This document shows positions 39,791-52,915 of a DNA stretch of 64,000 nt, piece after piece. The notes under the pieces are model-generated. The model was not told the origin of the DNA. It worked only from the letters and a program-made list of their open reading frames with translations, and ran no database searches. Made by a program: the position numbers and the translations under genes. The stretch spans positions 47,430,001 to 47,494,000 of the forward strand of contig OX597829.1 in the NCBI GenBank assembly GCA_951406725.2, given 5' to 3'. This stretch comes from Octopus vulgaris. Lineage: Eukaryota. Numbering within the stretch: the first letter of the stretch is position 1; each line of letters opens with the position of its first letter.

Positions 39791-40107
39791 GTTTTTTCTA
39801 ATAGCTGCATATGGTGTTTGTCTGTGATTTCAAGTAGTCAGTCTTGGAAGGTTTCTGACTACTTTCACTTTCGATATAGGAAACGGCAAGTAAATTAAGG
39901 ATATTGTAATTGGATATTGATACTGGATCAGGGGGAGGATCATCCATTTACTGCATTATTGGTTGCGAACAAGCCAGAAAAAAAATTTTTTTTACTGAGT
40001 TAGTAAAATAATTAATAGTATTTTTTTCTCTCTAAGTTCGATCATTAAATCATATTTGTATTGTCAGCCTATCTGTTAATGCGAAAGTACGCCCGAAATC
40101 ACCGATA

Positions 40108-40481
40108 TTGTGGCCATACTGGAGCACCGTCTTGAAGAATTTTAGTCGAACGAATCGATTCCAATCTTTTTTTTTAATCCCCGTAATTATTCACAACCGA
40201 ATCGCTAAGTTATGGTGATGTAATCACACCAATACCGGTTTTAAAGATGTGGGAGTACACAAACACACACACACATCTATATAGGTATACTTGAAATTTA
40301 AAGAAAAACAAATGACGACGACAAATGTATGAACAACAAGAAGGTGTATTAGTTTGACGCTCAGGAAAAATGAAAGCCTTTTACGTTTCGAGCCTATGCT
40401 CTTCAACAGAAAGAAATAAGAGAAAATAAACAAAGATGGAATGAAAAAAAAAAATTGTAGATTTCAGCAGTCCAACATGGG

Positions 40482-40521
<40 letters not shown>

Positions 40522-40685
40522 GCACACATACATTACAGGCTTATTACAGTTTTCCATGTACCAAATATACCCACAAGGTTTATCTCAGCCTGAGGCTAAA
40601 GTAGACACTTACTCAAGCTACCGCACAGTGGGACTGAACCCGGAGCCATGTGGTTGGGAAGCAAACTTCTTACCACACAGCCACA
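40108..40685 (-). mobile_element. Old SINE family A split by an HHR-bearing repeat (~40285-40480)
   Basis: Tail half 40108-40270, head half 40535-40685. Confidence 0.7.
40377..40414 (-). ncRNA. Degenerate minimal hammerhead motif
   Basis: UCUUU-CUGUUGA-A-GAGC-AUAG-GCUC-GAAAC-GUA-AAAGG (A6 changed to U). Confidence 0.55.
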
Positions 40686-40859
40686 GAAATGGATACACTC
40701 ATTGCAGAATAATTTCACCGTTCGAGTTCTGGTTCTTAATAGTAATCACATAAAACTCTCGCCGTTGTGAGATTACATATATGTATGTGTGTGTGTGTGT
40801 GTGCGAGAGAGAGAGAGAGAGAGAAACAGAAGGCATATGCAATAATATACATACATACA

Positions 40860-41091
40860 AGGCGGCGAGCTCGCAGACACGTTAGCGCGCCGGGTGAAAT
40901 GCTTAGCGGTATTTCGTCTGTCGTTACGTTCTGAGTTCAAATTCCGCCGAGGTCAACTTTGCCTTTCATCATTTCGGGGTCGATAAATAAAGTACCAGTT
41001 TCGCACTGAGGGCGATATAATTGACTCAATCCCTTCGTCTGTCCTTGTTTGTCCCCTCTATGTTTAGCCCCTTGTGGGCAGTAAAGAAATA
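40860..41091 (+). mobile_element. SINE family B, full length, 18-bp TSD
   Basis: AATAATATACATACATAC at 40841-40858 and 41094-41111. Confidence 0.92.
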
Positions 41092-41767
41092 TAAATAATA
41101 TACATACATACTACATATCGTAGTCATATTATTATTTCTACGTAACTTTTACATGGATATAAAATGTTGAATTGAAAATTCTTTTCATAACGATAAAGTT
41201 TATATTTTTCCAATGTGATTCGAACCTAAAATATTTTGAGTTTTCTTAAATATTTTTATTTTTATTTTTTTTTATTCTAGGGTTAGCGGACAAAGATGTG
41301 GTGAAAAAGACAAAAATATTGAACATACTTTCAGCAGCATGCGTTTATTCAACACCGTTACATGACCGAGTGTTAGAGTCACTTGAGTATTTCAAAGTAA
41401 GTGGAGTTCGATTTTATATATAGATAGGTATAAATCTAATTACTCGACAAATATTAATCTAACACAATTATATCATTTTGACAAAATTAATTCAACTTTT
41501 AAAACCAAATTTTTGTTTTTTGTTTGTTTTATCAAAAAACAAACAAATCCAAGACAATCGGATATCTAATAAATGGATGGAATTGTACCAGTGTGCGTGT
41601 TGATTATATTTAGCATGATGACTCTCCCTAGACACAACAAATATATATATATATATATATTTGTATGTGTGTGTGAGTGTAAAATCTCGGCTCAACTAGA
41701 ATCAAGTCTGCGACAATCAAGGAATAGTCAGTTATAATCCAAAATTCTCAATTTTTTTACATGATTG

Positions 41768-41818
<51 letters not shown>

Positions 41819-42007
41819 ATAATGAAGGATAAAATTAATTAATCAATTAATAATTTTACCAAGTAGTTCGGTATGTTAAAAGAACCATTATCGGTAAACT
41901 TATATTTTATGGTAGTAGAATTGTAATTTAACTGCTATTTCTAAATTTCGGTATGTGGTGAAGCAAATTTTGCTGAAAGTCTAATTATAATTATGCCCAT
42001 AATTATA

Positions 42008-42059
<52 letters not shown>

Positions 42060-42085
42060 ATAAAATCATTTGGTTATCTCCTCTT

Positions 42086-42470
42086 TACTCTCTCTTTTAC
42101 TTGTTTCAGTCATTTGACTGCGGTCATGCTGGAGCACCACCTTTAGTCGTGCAAATCGACCCCGGGACTTATTCTTTGTAAGCCCAGTACTTACTGTATC
42201 GGTCTCTTTTGCCGAACCGCTAAGTGACGGGGACGCAAACACACCAGCATCGGTTGTCAAGCAATGCTAGGGGGACAAACACACACGCATACATATATAT
42301 ATCTATACATATATACGAAGGGCTTCTTTCAGTTTCCGTCTACCAAATCCACTCACAAGGCATTGGTCGGCCCGGGGCTATAGCAGAAGACACTTGCCCA
42401 AGATGCCACACGGTGGGACTGAACCCGGGACCATGTGGTTGGTTAGCAAGCTACTTACCACACAGCCACT
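42086..42470 (-). mobile_element. SINE family A
   Basis: Consensus match. Confidence 0.92.
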
Positions 42471-43074
42471 GTGTGGCAAAATAATATATAAAATAATAAT
42501 AATAAAGGGTAAAATTAATTAATGAATTAATAATTTTACCAAGTAGTTTAACTGCGATTTCTAAATTTCGGTATGTAGTAAATCAAATTTTGCTGAACCC
42601 TAATTATAATTATGCTTATAATTATAGAATATATATACATATATATGTGTGTGTGTGTGTGTGCAAAATCATTTGGTTATCTCCTTTGTAGGCAGCTTCG
42701 AATTTATCAGATGATTTTCTAAAATGAAAATATCGATTGTGCAAGAACATTGTATTATACAAATTTATCATATTGCATCAGAGATAAGTATTAGTTTTTT
42801 TGTTTTTTTTTTGCTTTATCGTCCGAAGAACTTCATCCATTTTTCTTTTTTTTTTTCTTTTTTTTTTTCTTTTATTGATTTATCGTTTATAACTATAACA
42901 TCTGCTCAATCCGTTACGCTGCTATTGATTTTTTCGCATAAACATAACTGTCATTACAATAATTATCAACACCACTTACCTACCACACACACACAAAAAT
43001 AAAAACGTCGCAATAGTGTAGATTACCACTCGACTAAGGATCCCTCACATGACTGATCGGCTTACTAGAAATAG

Positions 43075-43648
43075 CAGGCATGGTTGTGTAGTAAGAAGCT
43101 TACTTCCCAACTACTGTAGCCTTAGGCCGGTTTGGTAGACGGAAACTGAAAGAAGCCCGTCGTATATATGTATATATATATATATATGTATGCGTGTGTG
43201 TGTTTGTGTGTCTGTGTTTGTCCCCCTAGCATTGCTTGACAACCGATGCTGGTGTGTTTACGTTCCCGTTACTTAGCGGTTCGGCAAAAGGGACCGATAG
43301 AATAAGTACTGAGCTTACAAAAAGAATAAGTCCCGGGGTCGAGTTGCTCGATTAAAGGCGGTGCTCCAGCATGGCCGCAGTCAAATGACTGAAACAAGTA
43401 AAAGAGTATATATATATATATGTGTGTGTGTGTCTGTGTTTATCCCCTTCACTATCGCTTGACAACCGGTGTTAGTGTGTTTACGTCCCCCGTAACATAG
43501 CGGCTTGGCAAAAGATACCGATAGAATAAGCACTAAGGTTTACAACGAATAGGTCCTGGGGTCCATTTCCTCGACTAAATCCCCTTTAAGGCGGTACTCC
43601 AGCATGGTCGCAGTCAAATGATTGAAGCAAGTAAAAGAATAAAAGAAT
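43075..43648 (+). mobile_element. SINE family A with a second 3' half (young copy inside an old copy)
   Basis: Tails end at ~43408 and ~43648. Confidence 0.85.
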
Positions 43649-43920
43649 ATTGTCTCATAGAAGAAGACGGCATTTTATCTAACGAAGTCCTGCATATTCC
43701 TGAAGTATTTTGGTTAGAATCGACACGGAACTTAAAAGCAACATCTATAGAACTTCAATTGTTTTTTCGCAGTTGCTAAATTCCATTTTTTTTTTCATAT
43801 TCATTATCTCAAAGAAAAATTCTTTTCTCGCATAAATAACTGGATATCTTTCTCTAAATATTCGATCCCATTTCTAGTGTCCTTGTTTTGTGTTCGTTTA
43901 TGACTATATTCCACATACCT

Positions 43921-44107
43921 ATTTCTTTACTACCCACAAGGGGCTAAACACAGAGGGGACAAACAAGGACAGGCAAACGGATTAAGTTGATTATATCGAC
44001 CCTAGTGCGACCCCGAAAGGATGAAAGGCAAAGTCGACCTCGGTGGAATTTGAACTCAGACGAAAGCACTTCGCCCGGTGTGCTAACGATTCTGCCAGCT
44101 CGCCGCC
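43921..44107 (-). mobile_element. SINE family B with internal deletions
   Basis: TSD ATTCCACATACCT on both sides. Confidence 0.88.
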
Positions 44108-45924
44108 TTATTCCACATACCTGTCGTGTACATTCTTATATGAGCATTAGTCAGCTTGTGACTATAGAAGTCACGTATCCAAAATGCAACTCTAAGACTA
44201 AACCGAAAGAACAGAGTTACAAATTACTTAACCACACACACACCACACACACACACACACACGCACGCACGCACGCACACACACGCACACACACATACAC
44301 ACACACACACACACACTCTCTCTATCTACCTCTCTCTCTCTCTATCTACTTCTCTCTCTCTATCTACCTCTCTCTCTCTCTATCTACCTCTCTCTCTCTC
44401 TATCTACCTCTCTCTCTCTCTACCTCTACCTCTCTCTCTCTCTCTATCTACCTCTCTCTCTCTCTCTCTCTCGTTATCGCTTGGCTTGTCAGATTTCTGG
44501 AAGTCTTTCCAAACCGACAACAAACTGATCCGGCATCTGATGTCTTGCTGGATAAACTGAGATACAAGAATCATGCCTGTAATGTTAAATTACTTTAATT
44601 AGACTTGGAATCTACGCTGACGTGTAAAATAGACACCTGGTGCTGGATGCTGGTTTGTGGGGGAAACTCTAACGTACATCATTATTCTCACAAAGATGCA
44701 ATCATAATAAAGGTAGAATCTAGATCTACTAAAATACCCGTCTAACGACTGCGGCTGCGCATTGGAAGCCAAGTATTTGAGACTTTGTGTTCCGACCTCG
44801 ATTCGAGCTAACGAAACCATATTTCATTACACCTTAATTAAACTCTCTTTAATTGCGTAAACACCGCTTCTTGCGGTGGACTGTCCTGTACAAGGTTTTT
44901 TTTTGGGGGGGGGGGTTGTGTGGTTAAGAAGTTCGACACGTAACTAGACGTTTGTGAGTTCCATCCTACTACGCGACAGCTTTTGAGCAAATAACTTCAA
45001 TCATGGTCTCGGGTCGACCCAGGCCATGTGATATTTTATTGGAGACTGTAGAAACTCGTCAGAGTTGCCATTCGATTTCTTTAGTCGAAGAACTTTATCG
45101 CCCAGTTTAATACAACCACTTTGTGCCCTTTTAGCAATGTCCATTTTGCAAGTCCTCCATTCTGCAGCAAATTAACTCTTCAGTAAAAAAAAAATGTTTT
45201 TCCACGTGCCACCGAGGTTGTACATAAACTGTCAACTACCCCCAGTACTTCGACATAGTGAGCATGACCAGCTGGCTTTATTTTCAGAATACTAGTACGG
45301 TACCAACATTGATTCGATCGACTATAGCGCTTACCTGCCTTGTACAAAATTAGTCTTGCATTGCAGCTAATCAAAAGAAATCATTATTTGTCATATAGTG
45401 GAAATGTAATTATGAATTACTAACAATGGCTATCGTTTTTGGACCGTGATCGGAGCAACAGCTGTTGAGCTAAACAATAACTATTGTCACTACCATCAGC
45501 GAGCCACCACCACCACCACCAACATCATCGCTATCGCCGCAATCATCATTGGCGCTACCATTTCCATTGTCGGCAGCGGCTGCAGAATGGCAGAAAAGTT
45601 AGCGTAAACGAGAATAAGCCTATTTGTTCTGAATTCAAATGTCACCAACTTTGCCTCTATTTATTTGGATATATTCATAATCTAAACCTCTTATCCCGTG
45701 TCGATTGGTTAACTAGATAGACCTTTATTAATATGATTTTTATATCAAGTATTAAATCATCCTGATTTTAGATAAGAGTTTATTGTTTGGTTCAGCACTG
45801 ATAAATGAATTTAGATTTCATCTCAACCAGATCATTACTCACAAATCGTCAATCACTATTTTCATTCTTCACTTTACTAAAAATATAGGGTATCATCTTA
45901 GCAGTACTCAGGAATGACCTACAT

Positions 45925-46177
45925 AGATGGATTGACAGACAGACAGTTAGATAGATGGATGGACGGACGGACAGACAGACAGACGGACGGACGGACTGAT
46001 AGACAGACAGATGGACTGATAGACGGACAGATGGACTGATAGACGGATAGATGGACTGATAGACGGATAGATGGACTGATAGACGGATAGATGGACTGAT
46101 AGACGGATAGATGGACTGATAGACGGATAGATGGACTGATAGACGGATAGATGGACAGACAGATGGATAGATGGACT

Positions 46178-46211
<34 letters not shown>

Positions 46212-46340
46212 CGGATAGATGGATGGATGGATGGATGAATAGATGGACTGATAGATAGATGGAGAGATAGATAGATGGACAGATATATAGAGAGATAGAT
46301 AGATGGGCAGATAGATGGATGGACAGATAGATGGATGGAC

Positions 46341-46372
<32 letters not shown>
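45925..46372. repeat. GATA/GGAT satellite with a 20-bp minisatellite core
   Basis: ATGGACTGATAGACGGATAG x7 at 46011-46150 (first copy has one variant). Confidence 0.95.
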
Positions 46373-46389
46373 TTAGCGTGTAGCTTACC

Positions 46390-46570
46390 TGGCCGTTTAA
46401 ACATTAGCGTGCGGTATAACTCTAACCTTAACTCTAACCATAAACCCTATCGTTTTTCCCTAATTTTAAACCTAAATCTCAAACCTTAACTCTAAACCCT
46501 AACCCAGATCGAGTCATTTCACATCGCAGAATATGGATACTGCGATAGACCGCGCGCTAAAGTAATACCA
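46390..46570. mobile_element. MITE-like element with internal degenerate (TAACCC)n
   Basis: Inverted TTAGCGTGCGGT (46404-46415) / ACCGCGCGCTAA (46549-46560) around TAACTCTAACCTTAACTCTAACC..AAACCCTAACCC. Confidence 0.5.
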
Positions 46571-46582
46571 AATATTGAGCTG

Positions 46583-46683
<101 letters not shown>

Positions 46684-46910
46684 ATCGGGAATGAAGAAAA
46701 GGAGAAAGCAAAGTCTCCAGTGTGAGTATGTGGTTTGTGGGGTCAACCACGTCCTCCGCTTCATTTTTTGTTAATCACTCATTCTCATTTAATTGTATAT
46801 ATTTTAATTGTTTGTTTAGTCATATGTTTCGTCTCATTCGATACCCTGACCCCAACGTTTGTTTTGTCCCCTCTTTTTCTCAACCTTATGGTTAATAAAG
46901 AAATTCTCTC

Positions 46911-46952
<42 letters not shown>

Positions 46953-47438
46953 ATCCTATACTTGGAAATAGTTATGTCCCACTGTACTTTCGATGAGCAT
47001 ATCTATGAATGATACGAACAGTGACTATGATGAACCATAAAACAAGTATTTTCTTTACAGCATGCCCCACTTCCTGTGATATCTATTTCTTCATAGAGTT
47101 ACGGAAACTATAAAACCTTATTTTCTTAATTTTTTTTTTTTGGAAAAATATAATAAAAACAGTCGTTGTTAAAAATTTTTTAAAACTAGTAATTGGTCTC
47201 GTGTATACCTGTAACCAATGATCTTGTTTATCAAATTCCAATATGAAATTATAAAAAATTCATCCAATCATACACAAGCTACAAACTGTACACATGGCTT
47301 CTGTTTAAATATGGATTCAGGGTAGACTGGTTAAAATACAAAAATAGAGAGAAAAAAAACACGTAATTGATGTATACTCGTGTATATACGTACGTATACG
47401 CGAGTACGCAGGTGTGCGAGCGTATGTATGTATGTATG

Positions 47439-47476
<38 letters not shown>

Positions 47477-48849
47477 CACATACTCACGCTTACCACCATT
47501 TATACGCCTCTCTCTCTATACACGTGTGTGTATAGAGAGAGGCGTATATACAAGTGTGTGTGTGTTTGTGTGTGTATGTCCGTGTGCGTATGTATACTCG
47601 CAGGCCAGTTGTCTTTCTGTGTCAATCCAGTCTTAGTAATGGAACAGGCTTCTCTTTCGATTACTGGTTTCCCAGACCAGCTTGAAGACTATAACGAAGT
47701 TCGACAAAGGAATCGTATTTAGTAGAACAGGTCTATACATATTCAACAAGAAACCGCTTCTCATATCAGCTATGCAGTGACTCAAGTTATTATTGTATGC
47801 ATAGGATTTTGCTATAAACTAGTGAAGTAATACATTAATATTAATGTTTACACACTAATAAACTTATATCTATTTTTGACCGTTTTATTTTATTTCTTTT
47901 TTAGCTGTTATTTACTTTTTGCTTTTTTGTTTTTTTTTTTTTGTTTTATCCATAAATTAACGGTCATTTTTTCCCCCACCCCCACCACCGCCCTTCGATT
48001 CGTTTCCCATTTTCAGGTTTGCGCGCGCGCTCACATACACACACACCAGATATATACTTTTGCTTCCTACGTATTTCTCTATCACCCCTTCCTTCTCTCT
48101 CTCTCTCTCTATCTATTTATCTCTGACTTTCACGATTTCTTAGAAATATACATTATTTTTTAAGTTAAAATATGCAGCGTACTAAAAACCTGTTCATACC
48201 AATATGAACTCTTGTTTTCACACAATCGAAACACACACACACACACACACACCCACACACATGAACACGTACATACGTACGCACGCACGCACGCACACGC
48301 ACGGACACACGCTTACACACATACTTATACAAACACACTTACACACACGCACACACGTGTCTATTCAGATGGTCACATTTTCTTTCAGTTTCTCTTCACA
48401 AAGTTCTGAAGATTTTTGTATATTAACTTCGAGTAGTTTGATCCAATTATCATCCTATTTCCTCCCACTCCGCACCACCCGTCCGGCGTGATTCTCATTC
48501 GTACGTCTAAATATATAAAATGGAAATTACTTACCTTTCTTAATGTTACATAATTAGGAACCATTAACGGAAAATTTTAGGTCTAAATCCAATATACATT
48601 TTTGGGGACAAATGAACGCAAGATTAGTCGAGTGTTTTACGAGTTCGAATCACCTGGTTCGGATTTCGATCCCACTGTGCGTTCATTTCTTTCCGTCATT
48701 CGCTTCTGATTGATCAGTACTTAATGAGTGAAGTTTGGAAGACGGAGATTCTATGTAAGCCCTGCACGCGCGTGTGTGGGTGAGAGAGAAAGAGAGAGAG
48801 AGAGAGAGAGGTGGCGCACATACATATGTGTGTGTATGTGTGTGCACAT

Positions 48850-49342
48850 AGACTCGACGAGCTTCTTTCAGTTTTTGTCTAGCATATCCAATTCGCAAGA
48901 CTTTGCTTGGCCCGGGGCTACAATAGAAGGCACATCCCGAAGGTATCACGCAATGGGACTAAACTACAAACCACGTGGTTGAGAACCAAGTTTCCAAACA
49001 TACAACAACTCCTATATATATATATATATATGCGTGGCATCTTGGGCAAGTGTCTTCTGCTATAGCCCCGGGCCGACCGATGCCTTGTGAGTGGATTTGG
49101 TAGACGGAAACTGAAAGAAGCCTGTCGTATATATGTATATATATATATGTCTGTGTGTTTGTGTGTCTGTGTTTTTACCCCCTAGCATTGCTTGACAACC
49201 GATGCTGGTGTGTTTACATCCCCGTTACTTAGCGGTTCGGCAAAAGAGACCGATAGAATAAGTACTAGGCTTACAAAGAATAAGTCCCGGGGTCGATTTG
49301 ATCGACTAAAGGCGGTGCTCCAGAATGGCCGCAGTCAAAATG
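48850..49342. mobile_element. Old SINE A head (-, 48850-49015) and 5'-truncated young SINE A (+, 49031-49342)
   Basis: Consensus matches on either side of (TA)n. Confidence 0.85.
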
Positions 49343-50011
49343 ACTGAAACAAGTAAAAGTGTATATATATATATGTGTGTGTGTGTGTGTGCGTGTATGT
49401 ATGTATATATATATATATACACACAATCACACACGCACCCACCCGCGAGAGAGAGAGAGAGAGAATGAGACTAACCCATGTTTATTAGTTGTTTACAAGT
49501 GAAAAAGTTTATTATGAATTCCTTTATGCTATAACTGTTACACACCACATATCAATAACATAATTGTTACTTAAAATGGTGGCACTTTTGTCAGTATAGA
49601 GCAAGACTATTTAACTATTATTTAACATATGTTTATTCCTGAAGTTGATTTCTTTTTTTTTCTTTGTGCACGTTTAATCAATGAAATCCTTCCACCAAAA
49701 ATTTGAACAGCTTGGAGACAAGCTTTGTTGTATTTCGTCGATGAGGCTGAGAAGTACCCACAACCGTTTTTGAGTATTTCTCTCGTTCCCCAGTCAGGTG
49801 ATATTGTTGCATTGCACTCTTTAGCTTCTGGAGTTGGTGCCTGCACAACGTAAAAATTGGGTACAGAATAAAATTGAACATGTCTGCATTTTGGAGAGAA
49901 CGATTTAACGGTATTTAAGTGAATGAGAACCAGACGCGTGAGAAAATAGATGTGCCAAACAGTTTGCAAGCCAAAAGGCTTAAAATCGATTTCTCTTTTA
50001 TTATTTTTTGT

Positions 50012-50218
50012 TACCTCTTTTACTTGTTTCAGTCATTTGACTGCGGCCATCCTGGAGCATCGCCTTTAGTCGAGCAAATCGACCCCAGGACTTATTCTTT
50101 GTAAGCCTAGTACTTATTCTATCGGTGTCTTTTGCCGAACCGCTAAGTTACGGTGACGTAAACACACCATCATCGGTTGTCAAGCGATGTTGGGAAGGGG
50201 GCACAAACACACACACAA

Positions 50219-50253
<35 letters not shown>

Positions 50254-50405
50254 TATATACATGTATACGATGGTCTTCTTTCAGTTTCCGCCTACCAAGT
50301 CCACTCACAAGTAGAATACACTTTCCCAAGGTGCCACGCGATGGGAATGAACCCGAAACCATGTGGTTGGTAAGCAAGCTACTTACCACACAGCCACTCC
50401 TGCGC
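50012..50405 (-). mobile_element. SINE family A
   Basis: Consensus match with a small internal deletion. Confidence 0.9.
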
Positions 50406-50408
50406 TTT

Positions 50409-50512
50409 AAAAAAATATGGAACGCTTCACGAATTTGCGTGTCATCCTTGCACATGGATCATGATAATCTTCTCTGTATCGTTCCAATTTTTAGAATATG
50501 CACCATCGTAGC
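50409..50512 (-). pseudogene. U6: U6 snRNA pseudogene, near full length
   Basis: Minus strand CATATTCTAAAAATTGGAACGATACAGAGAAGATTATCATGATCCATGTGCAAGGATGACACGCAAATTCGTGAAGCGTTCCATATTTTTTT; ACAGAGA box intact, AGC triad and ISL mutated. Confidence 0.93.
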
Positions 50513-51111
50513 TAGATTATATAACTGGTAGAATAGTCAGAAAAGAAAACCAAGTCGGGTGATCTAAGAGATGTATTGCGTGTCAGTGAGGGAAATTCTC
50601 TAGTCAGCGGCATGCTTTTGAGGAGCATTGCAGTCTGAAATCTTTAAGTGTGGCACATGCATTTCCCCAAATGTCAGAGCATTGCACAAATGTAAATCTT
50701 CATTGAATTTGTGCAAAATAAAAAAAAGTAATCAAAGGGAGTCAATAGATAAAAAAAAAATTGGTTGGGACCCCCTTTCTATTTTAAGAGAAATTGAAAC
50801 GAGATATCACGAGAAGTGAACATTTTGTTAAGAGTAAAGCGATAGTACAAGTTCAGGTATATGATTATGTGTATATGGTAATGAGAGTGGCAAATGAGAA
50901 GCAATACTTTATGGGATATTTGTGAATATTATTGAAAGTAAAAAAAAAAATAGACAGTAAATGCAATGACCTTTTCTGATTGTAGGCTATTTACTGGGCT
51001 GACTTATTTGAGGAATAGAATGATTCTGTCAGTAATTGGTTTTATCGAGTTGGTTGGTCTAAACGTTCATTCTCTAGTCACATGTATGTCCTTTCCTCGA
51101 TTGAAGGACAT

Positions 51112-51500
51112 ATGGATGGAAGCACTCCGTCGGTTACGATGACGAGGCTTCCGGTTGATCCGATCAACGGAACAGCCTGCTCGTGAAATTAACGTGTAAG
51201 TGGCTGAGCACTCCACAGACACGTGTACCCTTAACGTAGTTCTCGGGGATATTCAGCGTGACACAGAGAGTGACAAGGCCGGCCCTTTGAAATACAGGTA
51301 CAACAGAAACAGGAAGAAAGAGAGAGAGAGAAGGTTGTGGTGAAAGAGTACAGCAGGGATCACCACCACCCCCTGCCGGAGCCTCGTGGAGCTTTAGGTG
51401 TTTTCGCTCAATAAACACTCACAACGCCCGGTCTGGGAATGGAAACCGCGATCCTACGACCGCGAGTCGGCTGCCCTAACCACTGGGCCATTGCGCCTCC
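51112..51500 (-). mobile_element. SINE family C, full length (tRNA-Arg-like head; resembles the octopus OR-type SINEs, not verified)
   Basis: Head GGAGGCGCAATGGCCCAGTGGTTAGGGCAG..GGTTTCCATTCCC; 9-bp TSD GAAGGACAT at 51103-51111 and 51501-51509. Confidence 0.9.
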
Positions 51501-52049
51501 GAAGGACATTTATGTGACGGATCAGTAGATTGGAAACACAGAAATCAAGATTCTGATATTTTATACATTTTCGCCACAACGACGCCACAATAATCCTCTG
51601 TGAAGAGGATTAAACATATGCATGGCAATATGACAATATTTAATGTTATATAGACACACGATAAGTCTTAATCCTAACGTAATACCTCTAGATTGTAATT
51701 TAGATTTGTCAAAAACTCACAGCAGATGGACATATTGTTGTTCCACCTGGAAGTCGCCTACGTGAGTTAGAAATTCTTCATAGTAACTAAAACATTACAT
51801 TACTTATCTGAAGTTAAAGTTAATCCTTTTACACAAGTGGCACAAGCCATCAAAGCCCTTATTTACCTCCCTGTTAGAAAAAAAAATGTAACCAATATCT
51901 CCTTTTTACTTATTGATAGAAAGTTAGTGTGTCACTAGATTAATGTTCCTTGCTGGGCTGTTAGCTCTCTCTCTCTCAATTCTTTCACCGAATAACTGTC
52001 TGTCGGGTTTCGATCTCCAGATCAAGTTAAGTACAAAATATAGTAACGG

Positions 52050-52430
52050 TTTAGCGGTATTTCGTCTGCCGTTACGTTCTGAGTTCAAATTCCGCCGAGG
52101 TCGACTTTGACTTTCACCCTTTCGGGGTTCGATTAAATAAGTACCAGTTACGCACTGGGGTCGTCGATATAATCGACTTAATCCGTTTGTCTGTCCTTGT
52201 TTGTCCTCTCTGTGTTTAGCCCCTTGTGGGTAGTAAAGAAATAGGTATTTCGTCTGCTGCTACGTTCTGAGTTCAAATTCCGCCGAGGTCGACTTTGCCT
52301 TTCATCCTTTCGGGGTCGATGAAATTAAGTACCAGTTACGCACTGGGTTCGATATAATCGACTTAATCCGTTTGTCTGTCCTTGTTTGTCCTCTCTGTGT
52401 TCAGCCCCTTGTGGGTAGTAAAGAAATAGG
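52050..52430 (+). mobile_element. SINE family B head-to-tail dimer
   Basis: Two 5'-truncated units joined at AAAGAAATAGG|TATTTCGTCTG (~52245). Confidence 0.9.
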
Positions 52431-52915
52431 TTTAACAAAAGTTATATTCTTTTTCGAATTTTTGGTCAAGGCATTATTTGTAATCTACATTTTTCTGTGT
52501 TGACTTTTTTTCTGTTGACTTTTATAGTTTGGTATAATAACTCAAATAGGATATAATTTTTAAATTAGACCCTAAATTGCAACTAAATGGTTTTGGCTAA
52601 GATATTTAATTTTCAGTGGTTTCGTTCACGCGGCTGCAAGTGTTAACTACGGGTCAGATGCAACTCAATTGTAAACAGCGCGAGCGCCAACAATCTACCA
52701 TGTGCACAAGCATGGCCGTCTGATTAAGGAGTTCGCTTTTCAACTGGGACGATTCAGAATCGGTGCGACTGCGCGATACCAGACTAAAGCTCTATGAATC
52801 AGATTTGGTGGAAAGGAACAATGTGGAATACTATTGAAGGGATTGGAAAGGTCCTTGGTTGCTTTAAGAGGAGTACCCATTAATGCAAGACTTGAACCTA
52901 GATTGCTAGCCTGAG

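Noticed and set aside
46011-46150. Regular 20-bp repeats as a possible CRISPR-like array
   Set aside because: No spacers, no cas genes, and eukaryotic context; it is a minisatellite.
51420-51500. tRNA-like sequences at SINE heads (also 3669, 34775 and 62585)
   Set aside because: No complete acceptor stem, and they continue into repeat bodies; not tRNA genes.
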